Below the pieces are notes generated by a model. The model did no database searches. It was not told where the DNA came from and saw nothing but the letters and a program-made list of their open reading frames with translations. From a phage: 64,000 nucleotides of DNA. The stretch lies in sequence record PZ166176.1. One strand, given 5' to 3'. Shown here piece by piece: positions 1 to 8,105 of this stretch. Every line of letters starts with the position of its first letter. Positions within the stretch are counted from its first letter, which is position 1. Position numbers and translations under genes: made by a program.

Positions 1-68
1 GAGTTATCTTGCATGGCCTCAATACAAAACATTTATAAACTTTATGGTGGAACATTACAGGAGGAAAC

Positions 69-434
69 ATGTTAGTTGACGTTCAAATTATGCGCAATGA
101 AAGGATGGACCTCTTTGAAGCAGTAGAGAAACATCTGATTCGATGGGACTATGAATTTGTTCCTGCTGGATGTGGACCAGTAGAGCATTTAGCGGAAGAC
201 GACGATGTATACATGATCATTCGTCAAGTGTACCAGACAGACCAGTGTGAAGAAACTCCCGAACTGATTTTGTTTGAGTGTAAAGATCTTGCAAAATATT
301 TTGACTATGGCGGAAAAGAGGGTCATAATCTCTCCAGATACAATAAACGTCTACTTATCTTAGACTACATGCGAAACAACAAACACAAACTCATCGACGC
401 AGACGCAGTTTATGGCTACTGGTGGATGGACTAA
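69..434 (+). CDS. hypothetical early protein (121 aa)
   Basis: Intact ORF with AGGAGG SD about 8 nt upstream of the ATG; no family recognised. Confidence 0.6.
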   Translation: MLVDVQIMRNERMDLFEAVEKHLIRWDYEFVPAGCGPVEHLAEDDDVYMIIRQVYQTDQCEETPELILFECKDLAKYFDYGGKEGHNLSRYNKRLLILDYMRNNKHKLIDADAVYGYWWMD

Positions 435-447
435 CAAAGGAGAAATT

Positions 448-636
448 ATGGCACGTTTAGCAGATAACCCTGTATTCTACCCCGTTCTTGATCTTTATGA
501 TGAATTGACATATGTTGTGGAGCGGTATAACTACAATGAAGATCTTTTGGAGACAAACCTTAAAGTGGTCCTGATGAAAGCCTATCAGCAAGGGCAACGT
601 GAAATTTTGGAGAGTATGAAAAATGCGAATAACTGA
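448..636 (+). CDS. hypothetical early protein (62 aa)
   Basis: ATG at 448 preceded by AAAGGAG; the ORF-track start at 412 lies inside the upstream gene. Confidence 0.55.
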   Translation: MARLADNPVFYPVLDLYDELTYVVERYNYNEDLLETNLKVVLMKAYQQGQREILESMKNANN

Positions 637-1165
637 TGATTACGTATTCTTCTTTTCACATAAAGATGTGTTTAGTAATTGGTATATTGCACCCTTTACA
701 GAAACCGAACCAGGTTACAATCAAACATTTAATTGTGTCGAACAATACATGATGTGGCGTAAAGCTTTGCTTTTTAATGACCACAACACTGCACAGGCTA
801 TTCTGACTCATAGTTTGATACGGAAAGATGAGAAGATCCAAGCTTATTACAAACGTATGGGTAGGGCAGTGTCGGATTTTGATAACAACGTATGGGAAGA
901 GAACCGTGAGCGTATTGTTATGCGAGGTTTATGCTTGAAATATGTACAGAATCCAGATTTGTATGCAGACTTACACCTTTACCAATACAAAACGTTTGTT
1001 GAAGCAAGCCCCTACGATAAGGTTTACGGAATTGGAATGGGGATGTATGAACCAGGGGTGCTAAACCCTGCCACCTGGAAAGGGCAGAATCTTTTAGGCA
1101 AATATCATAACAAACTGATCGAAATACTTTTCCCAGACAAAATACCGCAAAGACGATATTTGTGA
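623..1165 (+). CDS. NADAR-domain (YbiA-like) protein, putative ADP-ribose processing enzyme
   Basis: 180 aa; motifs FFFSHKDVFSNWY, CVEQYMMWRKALLF, MGRAVSDFDNNVWEENRERIVMRGL, LKYVQNPDL, VEASPYDKVYGIGMG align with NADAR/DUF1768 (E. coli YbiA) blocks. Confidence 0.7.
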   Translation: MRITDDYVFFFSHKDVFSNWYIAPFTETEPGYNQTFNCVEQYMMWRKALLFNDHNTAQAILTHSLIRKDEKIQAYYKRMGRAVSDFDNNVWEENRERIVMRGLCLKYVQNPDLYADLHLYQYKTFVEASPYDKVYGIGMGMYEPGVLNPATWKGQNLLGKYHNKLIEILFPDKIPQRRYL

Positions 1166-1221
1166 TATTTTAACTTTTTTCATTTTTAGAACAAAGGTGT
1201 CACTTTGTAGCACAGAAATAA

Positions 1222-1258
1222 GGCTCCTACAGCACCGTAGAGAGCCTGTTATTTTGTC
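1222..1258 (+). terminator. rho-independent terminator after the NADAR gene
   Basis: GGCTCCTACAG-cacc-GTAGAGAGCC hairpin followed by a T-rich tract. Confidence 0.55.
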
Positions 1259-1414
1259 TTATACAAACACTTATCTTTTTCAGTTTGCATCACTAGGATT
1301 CGATCTGGGTGGGTTCCTGAAGGTCTACCAATAAGATTAAAGGTTATATCAAATTCCCACTATCTTTTATCTCAAAAATCCCTCAAATTATTTAAACTTT
1401 TTAAGAATTTACAA

Positions 1415-1590
1415 AAGTGAAAGTTGAAAACCAAAATTTAAAGTTTAGGAAAATTATCTTAAAATGTTAGATACAAAACAAAACTCAAAAGTCAAGGAAA
1501 ATTTTAAAAATTTTGCGCGCCCACAGTATTTAAAGTTTTTTTGCTTTTACAAAAATGAAAGTACAAAAGCAAAATTTAAAGTTTACAAAA
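1415..1590. repeat. pair of ~40 bp direct repeats
   Basis: aaagtgaaagttgaaaaccaaaatttaaagtttaggaaaatt (1415-1456) and aaaatgaaagtacaaaagcaaaatttaaagtttacaaaaatt (1553-1594); a third partial copy near 1500. Confidence 0.6.
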
Positions 1591-1605
1591 ATTTATGCAG
1601 GTGAG

Positions 1606-1711
1606 AATGAGAAGAGTTCTCATGTGGAAATGCAAATGATAATGATTCGCATTTAGGTTTATAAATGAGATTGATTCTTATTTGATAAGGTAAATGATAA
1701 TCATTCTCATT
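1606..1711. promoter_or_regulatory. three palindromic operator-like sites resembling Fur boxes
   Basis: atgagaagagttctcat (1606-1623), aatgataatgattcgcatt (1635-1653), aatgataatcattctcatt (1693-1711); compare Fur consensus GATAATGATAATCATTATC. Confidence 0.45.
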
Positions 1712-1938
1712 TAGAGAATGACGCGCAGGGGTGGTGTTTGTCTCGCGCTCCCGTGTCCCCTCGCCATGTAATAAGAATAACAGATCCAGCCAGGAAAGCA
1801 AGCGATTATTTTATCTTTACATTTCTTTACAAATATATAGCGCCCAGCCTACCGGCGATCAACCTTCCAACCAGCGCCCTGGTATGTTAGCCCCGCCTTT
1901 ACGCCGTGGGGTGGCGCTTCCTCTTCTGTATGTAAAAC

Positions 1939-1967
1939 AGTATAAGCCCGATCCCTGGGCTTGTCAA
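1939..1967 (-). promoter_or_regulatory. consensus sigma70 promoter on minus strand (TTGACA-N17-TATACT)
   Basis: Reverse complement of 1939-1967 reads TTGACAagcccagggatcgggctTATACT; fires leftward into the GC-rich ORF-free segment. Confidence 0.55.
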
Positions 1968-1969
1968 GA

Positions 1970-2236
1970 TTATTTTTTGTTTTCTTGCCAGGATAGGACA
2001 CCTAACCAAAAATACATATCGCCCCGCGCCCCTGGTGGTATCTTGCTTTCCCCGCCGCCACTGCAAGCCCATAGATAACCATTTGCGAACGTATCAAAAT
2101 GATCTATCTCTTCCACCTTATGATCGCCCAGGTTGAGAACGGTTTCAACCTTTAAGCCCGTTGCGCTTGCTACCTGGTGCACCGTGCCGCCTTGCCAGCC
2201 CAATGAGTGCATAAGGTGTAATGTAGTAGTTGTCAT
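1970..2236 (-). CDS. hypothetical protein (88 aa), doubtful
   Basis: Only ORF in the GC-rich island with a plausible SD (gaaaggg, 8 nt upstream); no family recognised; may be spurious. Confidence 0.3.
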   Translation of the reverse strand: MTTTTLHLMHSLGWQGGTVHQVASATGLKVETVLNLGDHKVEEIDHFDTFANGYLWACSGGGESKIPPGARGDMYFWLGVLSWQENKK

Positions 2237-2345
2237 GGTATCGCCCTTTCTTTGTTGTGCGCCCTGGTTGGCGCGGTAGAAAGATGATAGCCTTTTCCTT
2301 TATATATAGCAAGCAAAAAGAAAATAAAAAAAGATTGAAAAAGTG

Positions 2346-2374
2346 GTTGACGTTCCTCACCTGGTAGCGTAGTA
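2346..2374 (+). promoter_or_regulatory. sigma70-like promoter (TTGACG-N17-TAGTAT)
   Basis: ttgacgttcctcacctggtagcgtagtat upstream of ORF 2511. Confidence 0.4.
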
Positions 2375-2510
2375 TTCATCTTGTCGAGGGGGGCGCGGCA
2401 CAACGACAATAAAAAACAGGAGGGCGCAATGTAGGACGGGCAAAGGTGAGGATCTCCATAATCCACCGTCAACCAACAAAAAACATCATTCATCACCTGG
2501 AGTTAAAATC

Positions 2511-2708
2511 ATGGCAACATTGCACATAGTAGCGAAAGCAGGACAAATCAGCGTCGTGGTAAACGGTTTTACTGAGTTCAGTCATCCCCAGGATGATCAT
2601 GAAACGGTTTTATCTTTCATTGATTCACTGTTAGAAATGGGAGTAATTACAGAAGACCAGCACGCTACAAAATGCAAACGCGTTAATCAGATTGCAGGAA
2701 TAGAATAA
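2511..2708 (+). CDS. hypothetical early protein (65 aa)
   Basis: ORF with GGAG upstream of ATG. Confidence 0.55.
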   Translation: MATLHIVAKAGQISVVVNGFTEFSHPQDDHETVLSFIDSLLEMGVITEDQHATKCKRVNQIAGIE

Positions 2709-2714
2709 AAAGTA

Positions 2715-2778
2715 TTGACAACAACCAACAACCTGATAAGATGTATCACATAGGGCGGCGGAATGGTCCACCGCTCAC
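2715..2778 (+). promoter_or_regulatory. PeSL-like cassette: promoter plus 5' stem-loop
   Basis: TTGACA 2715-2720, -10 TAAGAT, then tagggcggcggaatggtccaccgc hairpin, SD, ATG at 2800. Confidence 0.7.
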
Positions 2779-2799
2779 AACAGAAGAGAGATTATAATC

Positions 2800-3072
2800 A
2801 TGGCATCATATAGCGCAACAATGATCGTAGCTGGCACCACTGGTAAACCTATGAGCGGTGGCGGATCTTTCGCAAATATCAACATTGACGGGCGTTTATC
2901 CCTGGACGCAGCGATCACCGTGGCGCGGGAAACATTTAAGAAAGAATGTAAATTCAATAAACAAGATTATCTCGGTTTTGCTATTGAAAAAACCGCGCGT
3001 TTTGTTGATTATAAAAGCCCAAAAATGGTTGATACTACACTAAAAGCGCAAGATGTAGCGTTTTTGCTTTAA
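2800..3072 (+). CDS. hypothetical early protein (90 aa)
   Basis: First ORF after cassette; SD agagag. Confidence 0.65.
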   Translation: MASYSATMIVAGTTGKPMSGGGSFANINIDGRLSLDAAITVARETFKKECKFNKQDYLGFAIEKTARFVDYKSPKMVDTTLKAQDVAFLL

Positions 3073-3075
3073 GGC

Positions 3076-3131
3076 TTGACATTAACGAATAATTTGTTAA
3101 TATGTTACATAAAGCGGGAATAGTTCCCGCT
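3076..3131 (+). promoter_or_regulatory. PeSL-like cassette
   Basis: TTGACA 3076-3081, taatat -10, hairpin gcgggaatagttcccgc 3114-3130. Confidence 0.65.
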
Positions 3132-3148
3132 ATTTGTAAGGTGGTAGA

Positions 3149-3406
3149 ATGTTTTACATCAAATTAAAAGGTCACGTGATCGCGTTCAAAGATAACGCTT
3201 TTTACAGATTAGCAAAATATGCGTTAATACATCCCCACTATGTTTATATAAGGGGGCGTGATGAAATAAATATCTTTGATCAAACAACATGCGAAAACAT
3301 CGAGATCCGCAAGGTTGGCGTACGTGATTATCGTACATCTTTCTACCCTTGCAAGGATTCAGCAAGTCTTTTCAAAGTATGCCAATTGTTGAAAAAAGGT
3401 GGTTAA
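3149..3406 (+). CDS. hypothetical early protein (85 aa)
   Basis: ORF after cassette, SD aaggtgg. Confidence 0.6.
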   Translation: MFYIKLKGHVIAFKDNAFYRLAKYALIHPHYVYIRGRDEINIFDQTTCENIEIRKVGVRDYRTSFYPCKDSASLFKVCQLLKKGG

Positions 3407-3407
3407 T

Positions 3408-3965
3408 ATGGGCCGCGAATATGTGATCCAGTCTTGGGTAAAACATGAAGCAGATGATCCGCGCATCATTCCCGATCATCTTATCGATGAATCCACGGGA
3501 TATAGCGGTGAGCAAATAGGTAACAGGTTAGCACGTAGTAACGGCAACGTAAAAGCGCGTTATGTGCGCCCTGGCTGGCTGGCAAATGGTAACGCTGATT
3601 TATCCAGTGCGGAAGATGCGAGCGACGGCGCGAAAGATAATCCTTTGTACAAAATTGATCCGGCTTTTCGTGTCCTGGATGAATACCCCAACAAGATAGC
3701 GGCGCTCGATCAGGCCCTGGAAAGTAAGCGCATCACCTGGACCGCTTACAACATGGCAAAAAACGTACTTGATGGTAAATTGATTCAAGCCGAAAGAAAA
3801 TTAGCCAAAATTGCAGCCATAGCCCAGGAGGAAGACGAGGAGACAACGGAAGAGGAAGAGTACGAAGAGATCCCGCCGTTGTTGTGTGTTGATGCTTTTC
3901 CTGATTATCAGCCGACAGAGGAAGAAAAAAGGATCGCACTAGAAAACTTTGAAAATAGTCTTTGA
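3408..3965 (+). CDS. hypothetical early protein with acidic C-terminal region
   Basis: ATG at 3408 with SD aaggtgg; the track GTG start at 3399 overlaps the SD; Glu-rich tail EEDEETTEEEEYEE. Confidence 0.6.
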   Translation: MGREYVIQSWVKHEADDPRIIPDHLIDESTGYSGEQIGNRLARSNGNVKARYVRPGWLANGNADLSSAEDASDGAKDNPLYKIDPAFRVLDEYPNKIAALDQALESKRITWTAYNMAKNVLDGKLIQAERKLAKIAAIAQEEDEETTEEEEYEEIPPLLCVDAFPDYQPTEEEKRIALENFENSL

Positions 3966-4020
3966 CATATCGCCGCCACTGGCATAATATTTACCACGTA
4001 GGGCGGCAATGGTGCCGCTC
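3962..4020 (+). promoter_or_regulatory. PeSL-like cassette
   Basis: TTGACA 3962-3967, cataat -10, hairpin gggcggcaatggtgccgctc 4001-4020. Confidence 0.7.
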
Positions 4021-4047
4021 ATAGTGAAATTATGCAAGAGGTTTACA

Positions 4048-4143
4048 ATGATTAATAAAGAAAATAGCTTGACGGTTGGAACGATTAACGCTATCATTTT
4101 CGCCGTTCCATTTTGGGTTGTAGTAGCGGCTATTATTTTCTAA
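4048..4143 (+). CDS. 31-aa hydrophobic micro-protein (predicted single transmembrane helix)
   Basis: MINKENSLTVGTINAIIFAVPFWVVVAAIIF; SD caagagg 7 nt upstream; below the track length cut-off. Confidence 0.45.
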   Translation: MINKENSLTVGTINAIIFAVPFWVVVAAIIF

Positions 4144-4153
4144 AAAAATATTC

Positions 4154-4214
4154 TTGACAACGTTTTTTAATCTGATAAGATGTATCACATAGGGCGGCGG
4201 AATACTTCCCCGCC
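4154..4214 (+). promoter_or_regulatory. PeSL-like cassette
   Basis: TTGACA 4154-4159; same promoter sequence as the 2715 copy; hairpin gggcggcggaatacttccccgcc. Confidence 0.7.
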
Positions 4215-4235
4215 AAAACAAAAAAGGGTAACACA

Positions 4236-4598
4236 ATGAGCAAGCAAATCAATACTATCATGTTTAATCTGGTATCTTTCCGCGACGATATGAAAAATTT
4301 ACCACGTGAAACGGTTGATATTCATGTTTCAGCTTATCGCGCCCTTATTGATATGTTACCGCTAAAACGTGATCAACATGCCGCTAATATGATGCTTAAC
4401 GCTATGCTTAAAAAGATGATTCAAACGGATCTCACCCTGGCATATGAGTATCAAGGGTGCTTATATGCAACTTACAACAAGGCGGTACCTGGTCTGGGAA
4501 GTACCGAAGAATTGCACGGCTTAAACCTGGATCAAAACACTTGGGATAGTATGCGCCGCGTTATGGTATGGGCCGAAAGCGGTAAAATTTACGAATAA
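4236..4598 (+). CDS. hypothetical early protein (120 aa)
   Basis: ORF after cassette. Confidence 0.65.
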   Translation: MSKQINTIMFNLVSFRDDMKNLPRETVDIHVSAYRALIDMLPLKRDQHAANMMLNAMLKKMIQTDLTLAYEYQGCLYATYNKAVPGLGSTEELHGLNLDQNTWDSMRRVMVWAESGKIYE

Positions 4599-4604
4599 AA
4601 ACGG

Positions 4605-4664
4605 TTGACACTGTTTAAACTTCTGGTATAGTTTACCACATAGGGCGGGAAGTGGTTTCCCGCC
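4605..4664 (+). promoter_or_regulatory. PeSL-like cassette
   Basis: TTGACA 4605-4610, TATAGT -10, hairpin tagggcgggaagtggtttcccgcc 4641-4664. Confidence 0.7.
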
Positions 4665-4668
4665 AACA

Positions 4669-5052
4669 ATGAAAAAGGTTATCATCATGGCTATTAATAT
4701 TAATGTTTCCGCTTATGCTACCCTGGCTGACACGGCTAAAATTGAATTATCCAGCATTGAGGTGGTGCATATTAGCGCCCGTCGCTGGTTTCAACAGTCC
4801 TACGGTAACACATATTTTTCTTTAATGGTTGACGTTGAGATCGGCGGTAAACTGATCGAGGTGGTTAACGTTCCGTTTCAATATGGTTATGGTGATCATT
4901 TTGATACCGTCGCCCTGGAAGAATTTAGCAAGGTTGTTAATATGGAAGGCAAAGAGTTTTCACGCGGCGCGTATCTTTCCCGTTTTTGCCGTGACAATGG
5001 GATCACTGTATACAGTCATGCAAGCGATGTAAAACGTAAAAAAGATTTATAA
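4669..5052 (+). CDS. hypothetical early protein (127 aa)
   Basis: ORF after cassette; an alternative ATG at 4687 has the better SD. Confidence 0.6.
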   Translation: MKKVIIMAININVSAYATLADTAKIELSSIEVVHISARRWFQQSYGNTYFSLMVDVEIGGKLIEVVNVPFQYGYGDHFDTVALEEFSKVVNMEGKEFSRGAYLSRFCRDNGITVYSHASDVKRKKDL

Positions 5053-5058
5053 AAAGCA

Positions 5059-5118
5059 TTGACAGCAGGAAGAAAAAGCGTAAAATGTTTTATATCGAGA
5101 GCGGGAATAGTTCCCGCC
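5059..5118 (+). promoter_or_regulatory. PeSL-like cassette
   Basis: TTGACA 5059-5064, taaaat -10, hairpin gcgggaatagttcccgc 5101-5117. Confidence 0.65.
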
Positions 5119-5141
5119 TCACTGAAAAAGAGAGAAAAATC

Positions 5142-5381
5142 ATGGCTAAATCTAAAATGTATAACGGTCACAAAAATAAAACTCACTGGAATGTAAGCCT
5201 TTGGATTAATAACGATGAATCATTATACCGTTTGGCCCAAGATTTTATTAACGCTAATGCTAATCGTAATGATGCGGCGCGGGATATGATGCTTTTTCTG
5301 GAACAAACTGGACAAGATAAAACGCCTGACGGTTTCAAATATAGCACTACTGCGATCCGCGCCGCGATGGTTGGAATGTAA
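5142..5381 (+). CDS. hypothetical early protein (79 aa)
   Basis: ATG 5142 with SD agagag; the track start at 5085 would read through the hairpin. Confidence 0.6.
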   Translation: MAKSKMYNGHKNKTHWNVSLWINNDESLYRLAQDFINANANRNDAARDMMLFLEQTGQDKTPDGFKYSTTAIRAAMVGM

Positions 5382-5390
5382 TAAAAACAG

Positions 5391-5450
5391 TTGACAACGT
5401 TTAAAATTAGTGTAAGATGTATCACATAGGGCGGGAAGTGGTTTCCCGCC
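5391..5450 (+). promoter_or_regulatory. PeSL-like cassette
   Basis: TTGACA 5391-5396, taagat -10, hairpin 5427-5450. Confidence 0.7.
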
Positions 5451-5472
5451 AACAACAGAGAGATTAAAGAGT

Positions 5473-5700
5473 ATGGCTATCAATATTGTTCGCGTATCCG
5501 GCACCGTTGGCACTTCCCAGGTTATTGCAGTTGTAACAAACAAAAAGATTAATGATGCATGTGAAAGCTTGAATAAGTGGGCTATTGCTAATTTTGGGGA
5601 ATATGCAAGCGTCGAGTACATCGAATCCTACCAGGTGCCAACCATCAGCCTAACCGATCTCAACGTTGATCGCCTGTTATGCCTGGATGAATTAATCTGA
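5473..5700 (+). CDS. hypothetical early protein (75 aa)
   Basis: ORF after cassette. Confidence 0.65.
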   Translation: MAINIVRVSGTVGTSQVIAVVTNKKINDACESLNKWAIANFGEYASVEYIESYQVPTISLTDLNVDRLLCLDELI

Positions 5701-5708
5701 AAAAGATT

Positions 5709-5767
5709 GTTGACACGGGAAAGAAAAAGAGTAAACTGTATTACGTAGGGCGGCAATGGTGCCGCTC
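5709..5767 (+). promoter_or_regulatory. PeSL-like cassette
   Basis: TTGACA 5709-5714, hairpin gtagggcggcaatggtgccgc. Confidence 0.7.
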
Positions 5768-5790
5768 ACAACAGAAGAGAGATTATTACG

Positions 5791-6003
5791 ATGGCTAATA
5801 TCCGCACACTGTTAAAAAATGCAAGTCAAGTTTTATTTTCAGATGACGAGTATTTCAATAAAGACATTACAGGCGTGAAGAATATCAAAGATGTAAAAAG
5901 TGTTATGGGTATATATTGCAATGTTAAACGTGTTGGAACGTTCGGTGATAAAGTATTGTACCAATCAGGTGATTACAATTTTACTTTGACGATTATTTCA
6001 TAA
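5791..6003 (+). CDS. hypothetical early protein (70 aa)
   Basis: ORF after cassette. Confidence 0.65.
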   Translation: MANIRTLLKNASQVLFSDDEYFNKDITGVKNIKDVKSVMGIYCNVKRVGTFGDKVLYQSGDYNFTLTIIS

Positions 6004-6007
6004 AACG

Positions 6008-6070
6008 CTTGCAATACTGCAAAAATAAAGTAAACTGTATTACATCAAGGCGGCGGAATGGTCCACCGCC
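6008..6070 (+). promoter_or_regulatory. PeSL-like cassette (variant -35 CTTGCA)
   Basis: hairpin aaggcggcggaatggtccaccgcc 6047-6070. Confidence 0.6.
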
Positions 6071-6094
6071 TAAGAAAGAGAAGAGGAAAATATC

Positions 6095-6262
6095 ATGATC
6101 ACTTTCGCTACCCGTGAAGCCGCTCGCAACGTTGCACGTAAAGTTAACGCCGCCAACCTGGGCGCTACTTTTAAAGCCCCGGTGAAAGATGAATCAGGCA
6201 AATGGATCTTCCCTGGTCTGCGTCACGCTGATAAGCTAGGCACTTTAAGCCTTAAAAAATAA
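6095..6262 (+). CDS. 55-aa basic small protein
   Basis: MITFATREAARNVARKVNAANLGATFKAPVKDESGKWIFPGLRHADKLGTLSLKK; SD aagagg; below the track cut-off. Confidence 0.5.
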   Translation: MITFATREAARNVARKVNAANLGATFKAPVKDESGKWIFPGLRHADKLGTLSLKK

Positions 6263-6264
6263 TC

Positions 6265-6303
6265 GTTGACTTTTCGTTATAGCGCCTTATAATGGGCGCT
6301 ATA
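6265..6303 (+). promoter_or_regulatory. promoter plus variant stem-loop
   Basis: TTGACT 6265-6270, hairpin tatagcgcc-ttataatg-ggcgctata. Confidence 0.5.
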
Positions 6304-6336
6304 GAGAAGAGAAACCACTACTAACAAGGAAACATC

Positions 6337-6558
6337 ATGATCACTTTCGCTATTGTCGCCGTTGTCGCTGGTCAAGTTTACGTAAATGAGACATTTACTA
6401 CAGAAGACAAGGCCGCAGGAGACATAACCGCCGTTTACAATGAGTGCAAGGCAGTAGAAAGGATGTTAGCGCCTTGTATGTTAATGAGTGAACGCCAGGA
6501 CGGGATAACAGTGTTTACTAACATTGAGACAGGGTACCAAATGGTAGTAACAAAATAA
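6337..6558 (+). CDS. hypothetical early protein (73 aa)
   Basis: ORF; shares N-terminal MITFA with the 6095 ORF. Confidence 0.6.
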   Translation: MITFAIVAVVAGQVYVNETFTTEDKAAGDITAVYNECKAVERMLAPCMLMSERQDGITVFTNIETGYQMVVTK

Positions 6559-6561
6559 AGC

Positions 6562-6619
6562 TTGACACGGATTTAATTTTCAGTAAACTGTTACACGTAG
6601 GGCGGGAATAGTTCCCGCT
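6562..6619 (+). promoter_or_regulatory. PeSL-like cassette
   Basis: TTGACA 6562-6567, hairpin gtagggcgggaatagttcccgc. Confidence 0.7.
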
Positions 6620-6636
6620 AAAAAGAGAGAAAGACC

Positions 6637-6990
6637 ATGAAAGCACAAAATGCAATTAAAGAGTACATCCTTGCCGCTATCGATTTTAATGATTACGGTA
6701 TTACAACCGAAAAAGAGAAGATCGCGGAATTGATGCGCCGTTTTAATTCCGAGTACTGGTACCCTGATAACCAATCACGTTTTAATTATAGTATTGTTAA
6801 AGCACTTGCATCATGGTTACAAGGTTTGCCATCAAATATCAATATCGCTTTCGAATATTGGGAAATTGATCGTTTGTTAACATCCTGGGGATACATTAAA
6901 GAGAATAGCAGCGATGATAAAATCCAACGAGAAAGGGAAAATTATTGGCTTTATATTGCAGGCGTGATCCTTGCTTGCTCTTATGAATGA
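6637..6990 (+). CDS. hypothetical early protein (117 aa)
   Basis: ORF after cassette. Confidence 0.65.
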   Translation: MKAQNAIKEYILAAIDFNDYGITTEKEKIAELMRRFNSEYWYPDNQSRFNYSIVKALASWLQGLPSNINIAFEYWEIDRLLTSWGYIKENSSDDKIQRERENYWLYIAGVILACSYE

Positions 6991-6996
6991 TAAACC

Positions 6997-7052
6997 TTGA
7001 CAATTTTACAAAACAGTTTAAATTAACAATATAGCGGCAATGGTGCCGCTCA
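6997..7052 (+). promoter_or_regulatory. PeSL-like cassette
   Basis: TTGACA 6997-7002, hairpin atagcggcaatggtgccgct. Confidence 0.65.
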
Positions 7053-7069
7053 TATGAAGAGGAAACAAA

Positions 7070-7216
7070 ATGAATACATCTAATCGCGCAGAAAAAATTC
7101 AATCTTCCAAGATCCGCAAGGCCTGGAACGAGGAAGTGATCCGCAAAGGCGACAAGCGCAATAAAACAAAGCGCGGGAAGAGTGACAAATATAATTGGAT
7201 GGATTTAGAGGATTAA
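7070..7216 (+). CDS. 48-aa lysine/arginine-rich small protein
   Basis: MNTSNRAEKIQSSKIRKAWNEEVIRKGDKRNKTKRGKSDKYNWMDLED; SD agaggaaac; followed by a terminator. Confidence 0.5.
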   Translation: MNTSNRAEKIQSSKIRKAWNEEVIRKGDKRNKTKRGKSDKYNWMDLED

Positions 7217-7223
7217 CATAACA

Positions 7224-7250
7224 AGGGCGCACCAAGCGCCCTTTCTTTTT
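7224..7250 (+). terminator. rho-independent terminator (GGGCGCACCAAGCGCCC family)
   Basis: agggcgcaccaagcgccct plus ttctttttt; the same hairpin recurs at 12701 and 13265. Confidence 0.7.
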
Positions 7251-7271
7251 ACATGTAGAGGATAAACAAAA

Positions 7272-7457
7272 ATGACTTTAAACGAGCTTAAAACAGCCTA
7301 CAGCACAACATTAAAAATAGCCGTGCGCTACCGTGACGAATACGGTTTTATTGCGCAGGGCGTGATCCTGGGCTTTTCTGACGATGGTTTGATCTATGTT
7401 GATGCACATCATAACAAGGTAAAACCTGAAAACGTCATTAGCATAAAATATCTTTAA
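7272..7457 (+). CDS. hypothetical early protein (61 aa)
   Basis: ORF with SD gaggat. Confidence 0.55.
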   Translation: MTLNELKTAYSTTLKIAVRYRDEYGFIAQGVILGFSDDGLIYVDAHHNKVKPENVISIKYL

Positions 7458-7463
7458 AAGTGG

Positions 7464-7523
7464 TTGACACCATAACTGGACCTGTTAAACTGTATTACAT
7501 CAGGCGGGGAATAGTTCTCCACC
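7464..7523 (+). promoter_or_regulatory. PeSL-like cassette (degenerate hairpin)
   Basis: TTGACA 7464-7469, hairpin caggcggggaatagttctccacc. Confidence 0.55.
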
Positions 7524-7542
7524 ATACAAAAAGGTAAATATT

Positions 7543-7749
7543 ATGATCACCGCAAAACAAGAGAAAATCATTATCGACGTTGCAGCCGTTGCCGCTATTG
7601 CTATTATTGGATCTTATTATGATACCCGTTTCCCGTCGGCTATGCATGAGGTCGCCGCCGTTGCATCAGTTGGCGTACTGTTTTACGTTGGTAAACGCTA
7701 TTTATCACCAATGATTAACAAGCTGACACCGTGGAAAAATAAAGGTTGA
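7543..7749 (+). CDS. hypothetical membrane protein (68 aa)
   Basis: Two hydrophobic stretches (AAVAAIAIIGSYY, AAVASVGVLFYVG). Confidence 0.6.
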   Translation: MITAKQEKIIIDVAAVAAIAIIGSYYDTRFPSAMHEVAAVASVGVLFYVGKRYLSPMINKLTPWKNKG

Positions 7750-7800
7750 TCCTGTTTTATATTGTGTTATAGTTATCGTGTAGGGCGGCAATGGTGCCGT
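7746..7800 (+). promoter_or_regulatory. PeSL-like cassette (variant -35 TTGATC)
   Basis: hairpin gtagggcggcaatggtgccg 7779-7800. Confidence 0.55.
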
Positions 7801-7820
7801 GCCCCTTTGAGGATGCAATC

Positions 7821-8105
7821 ATGAGTAAAGCTAACACCGTGCTAATGTTTTCCCTGATTAATGATCTCGCTTACTTGTCCAACATGACGCAGGAGGGTAA
7901 CACATTAACGGCAACATTCACCAATAAGCTTGACCGAGTGATCATCATCTCACTGAAAACAGTTAGTAAAGGCTTTTACTCGTTAGCTTATCATTGGATC
8001 ACCGATACCAATGAGACAAGCCAGGACTATAGCGCCCCTTTCCCTGAATCAATGGCACGGGAGATCATCGCCGCCGTTGTAAATGATGGTTTGTTTACTG
8101 AATAA
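7821..8105 (+). CDS. hypothetical early protein (94 aa)
   Basis: ATG 7821 with SD gaggatg; the track start at 7791 lies inside the hairpin. Confidence 0.6.
   Translation: MSKANTVLMFSLINDLAYLSNMTQEGNTLTATFTNKLDRVIIISLKTVSKGFYSLAYHWITDTNETSQDYSAPFPESMAREIIAAVVNDGLFTE

Noticed and set aside
1731-2078. 115-aa plus-strand ORF in the GC-rich island
   Set aside because: The translation is Pro/Ser/Arg-rich low complexity with no SD; more likely the non-coding strand of a structured RNA or a decayed insert.
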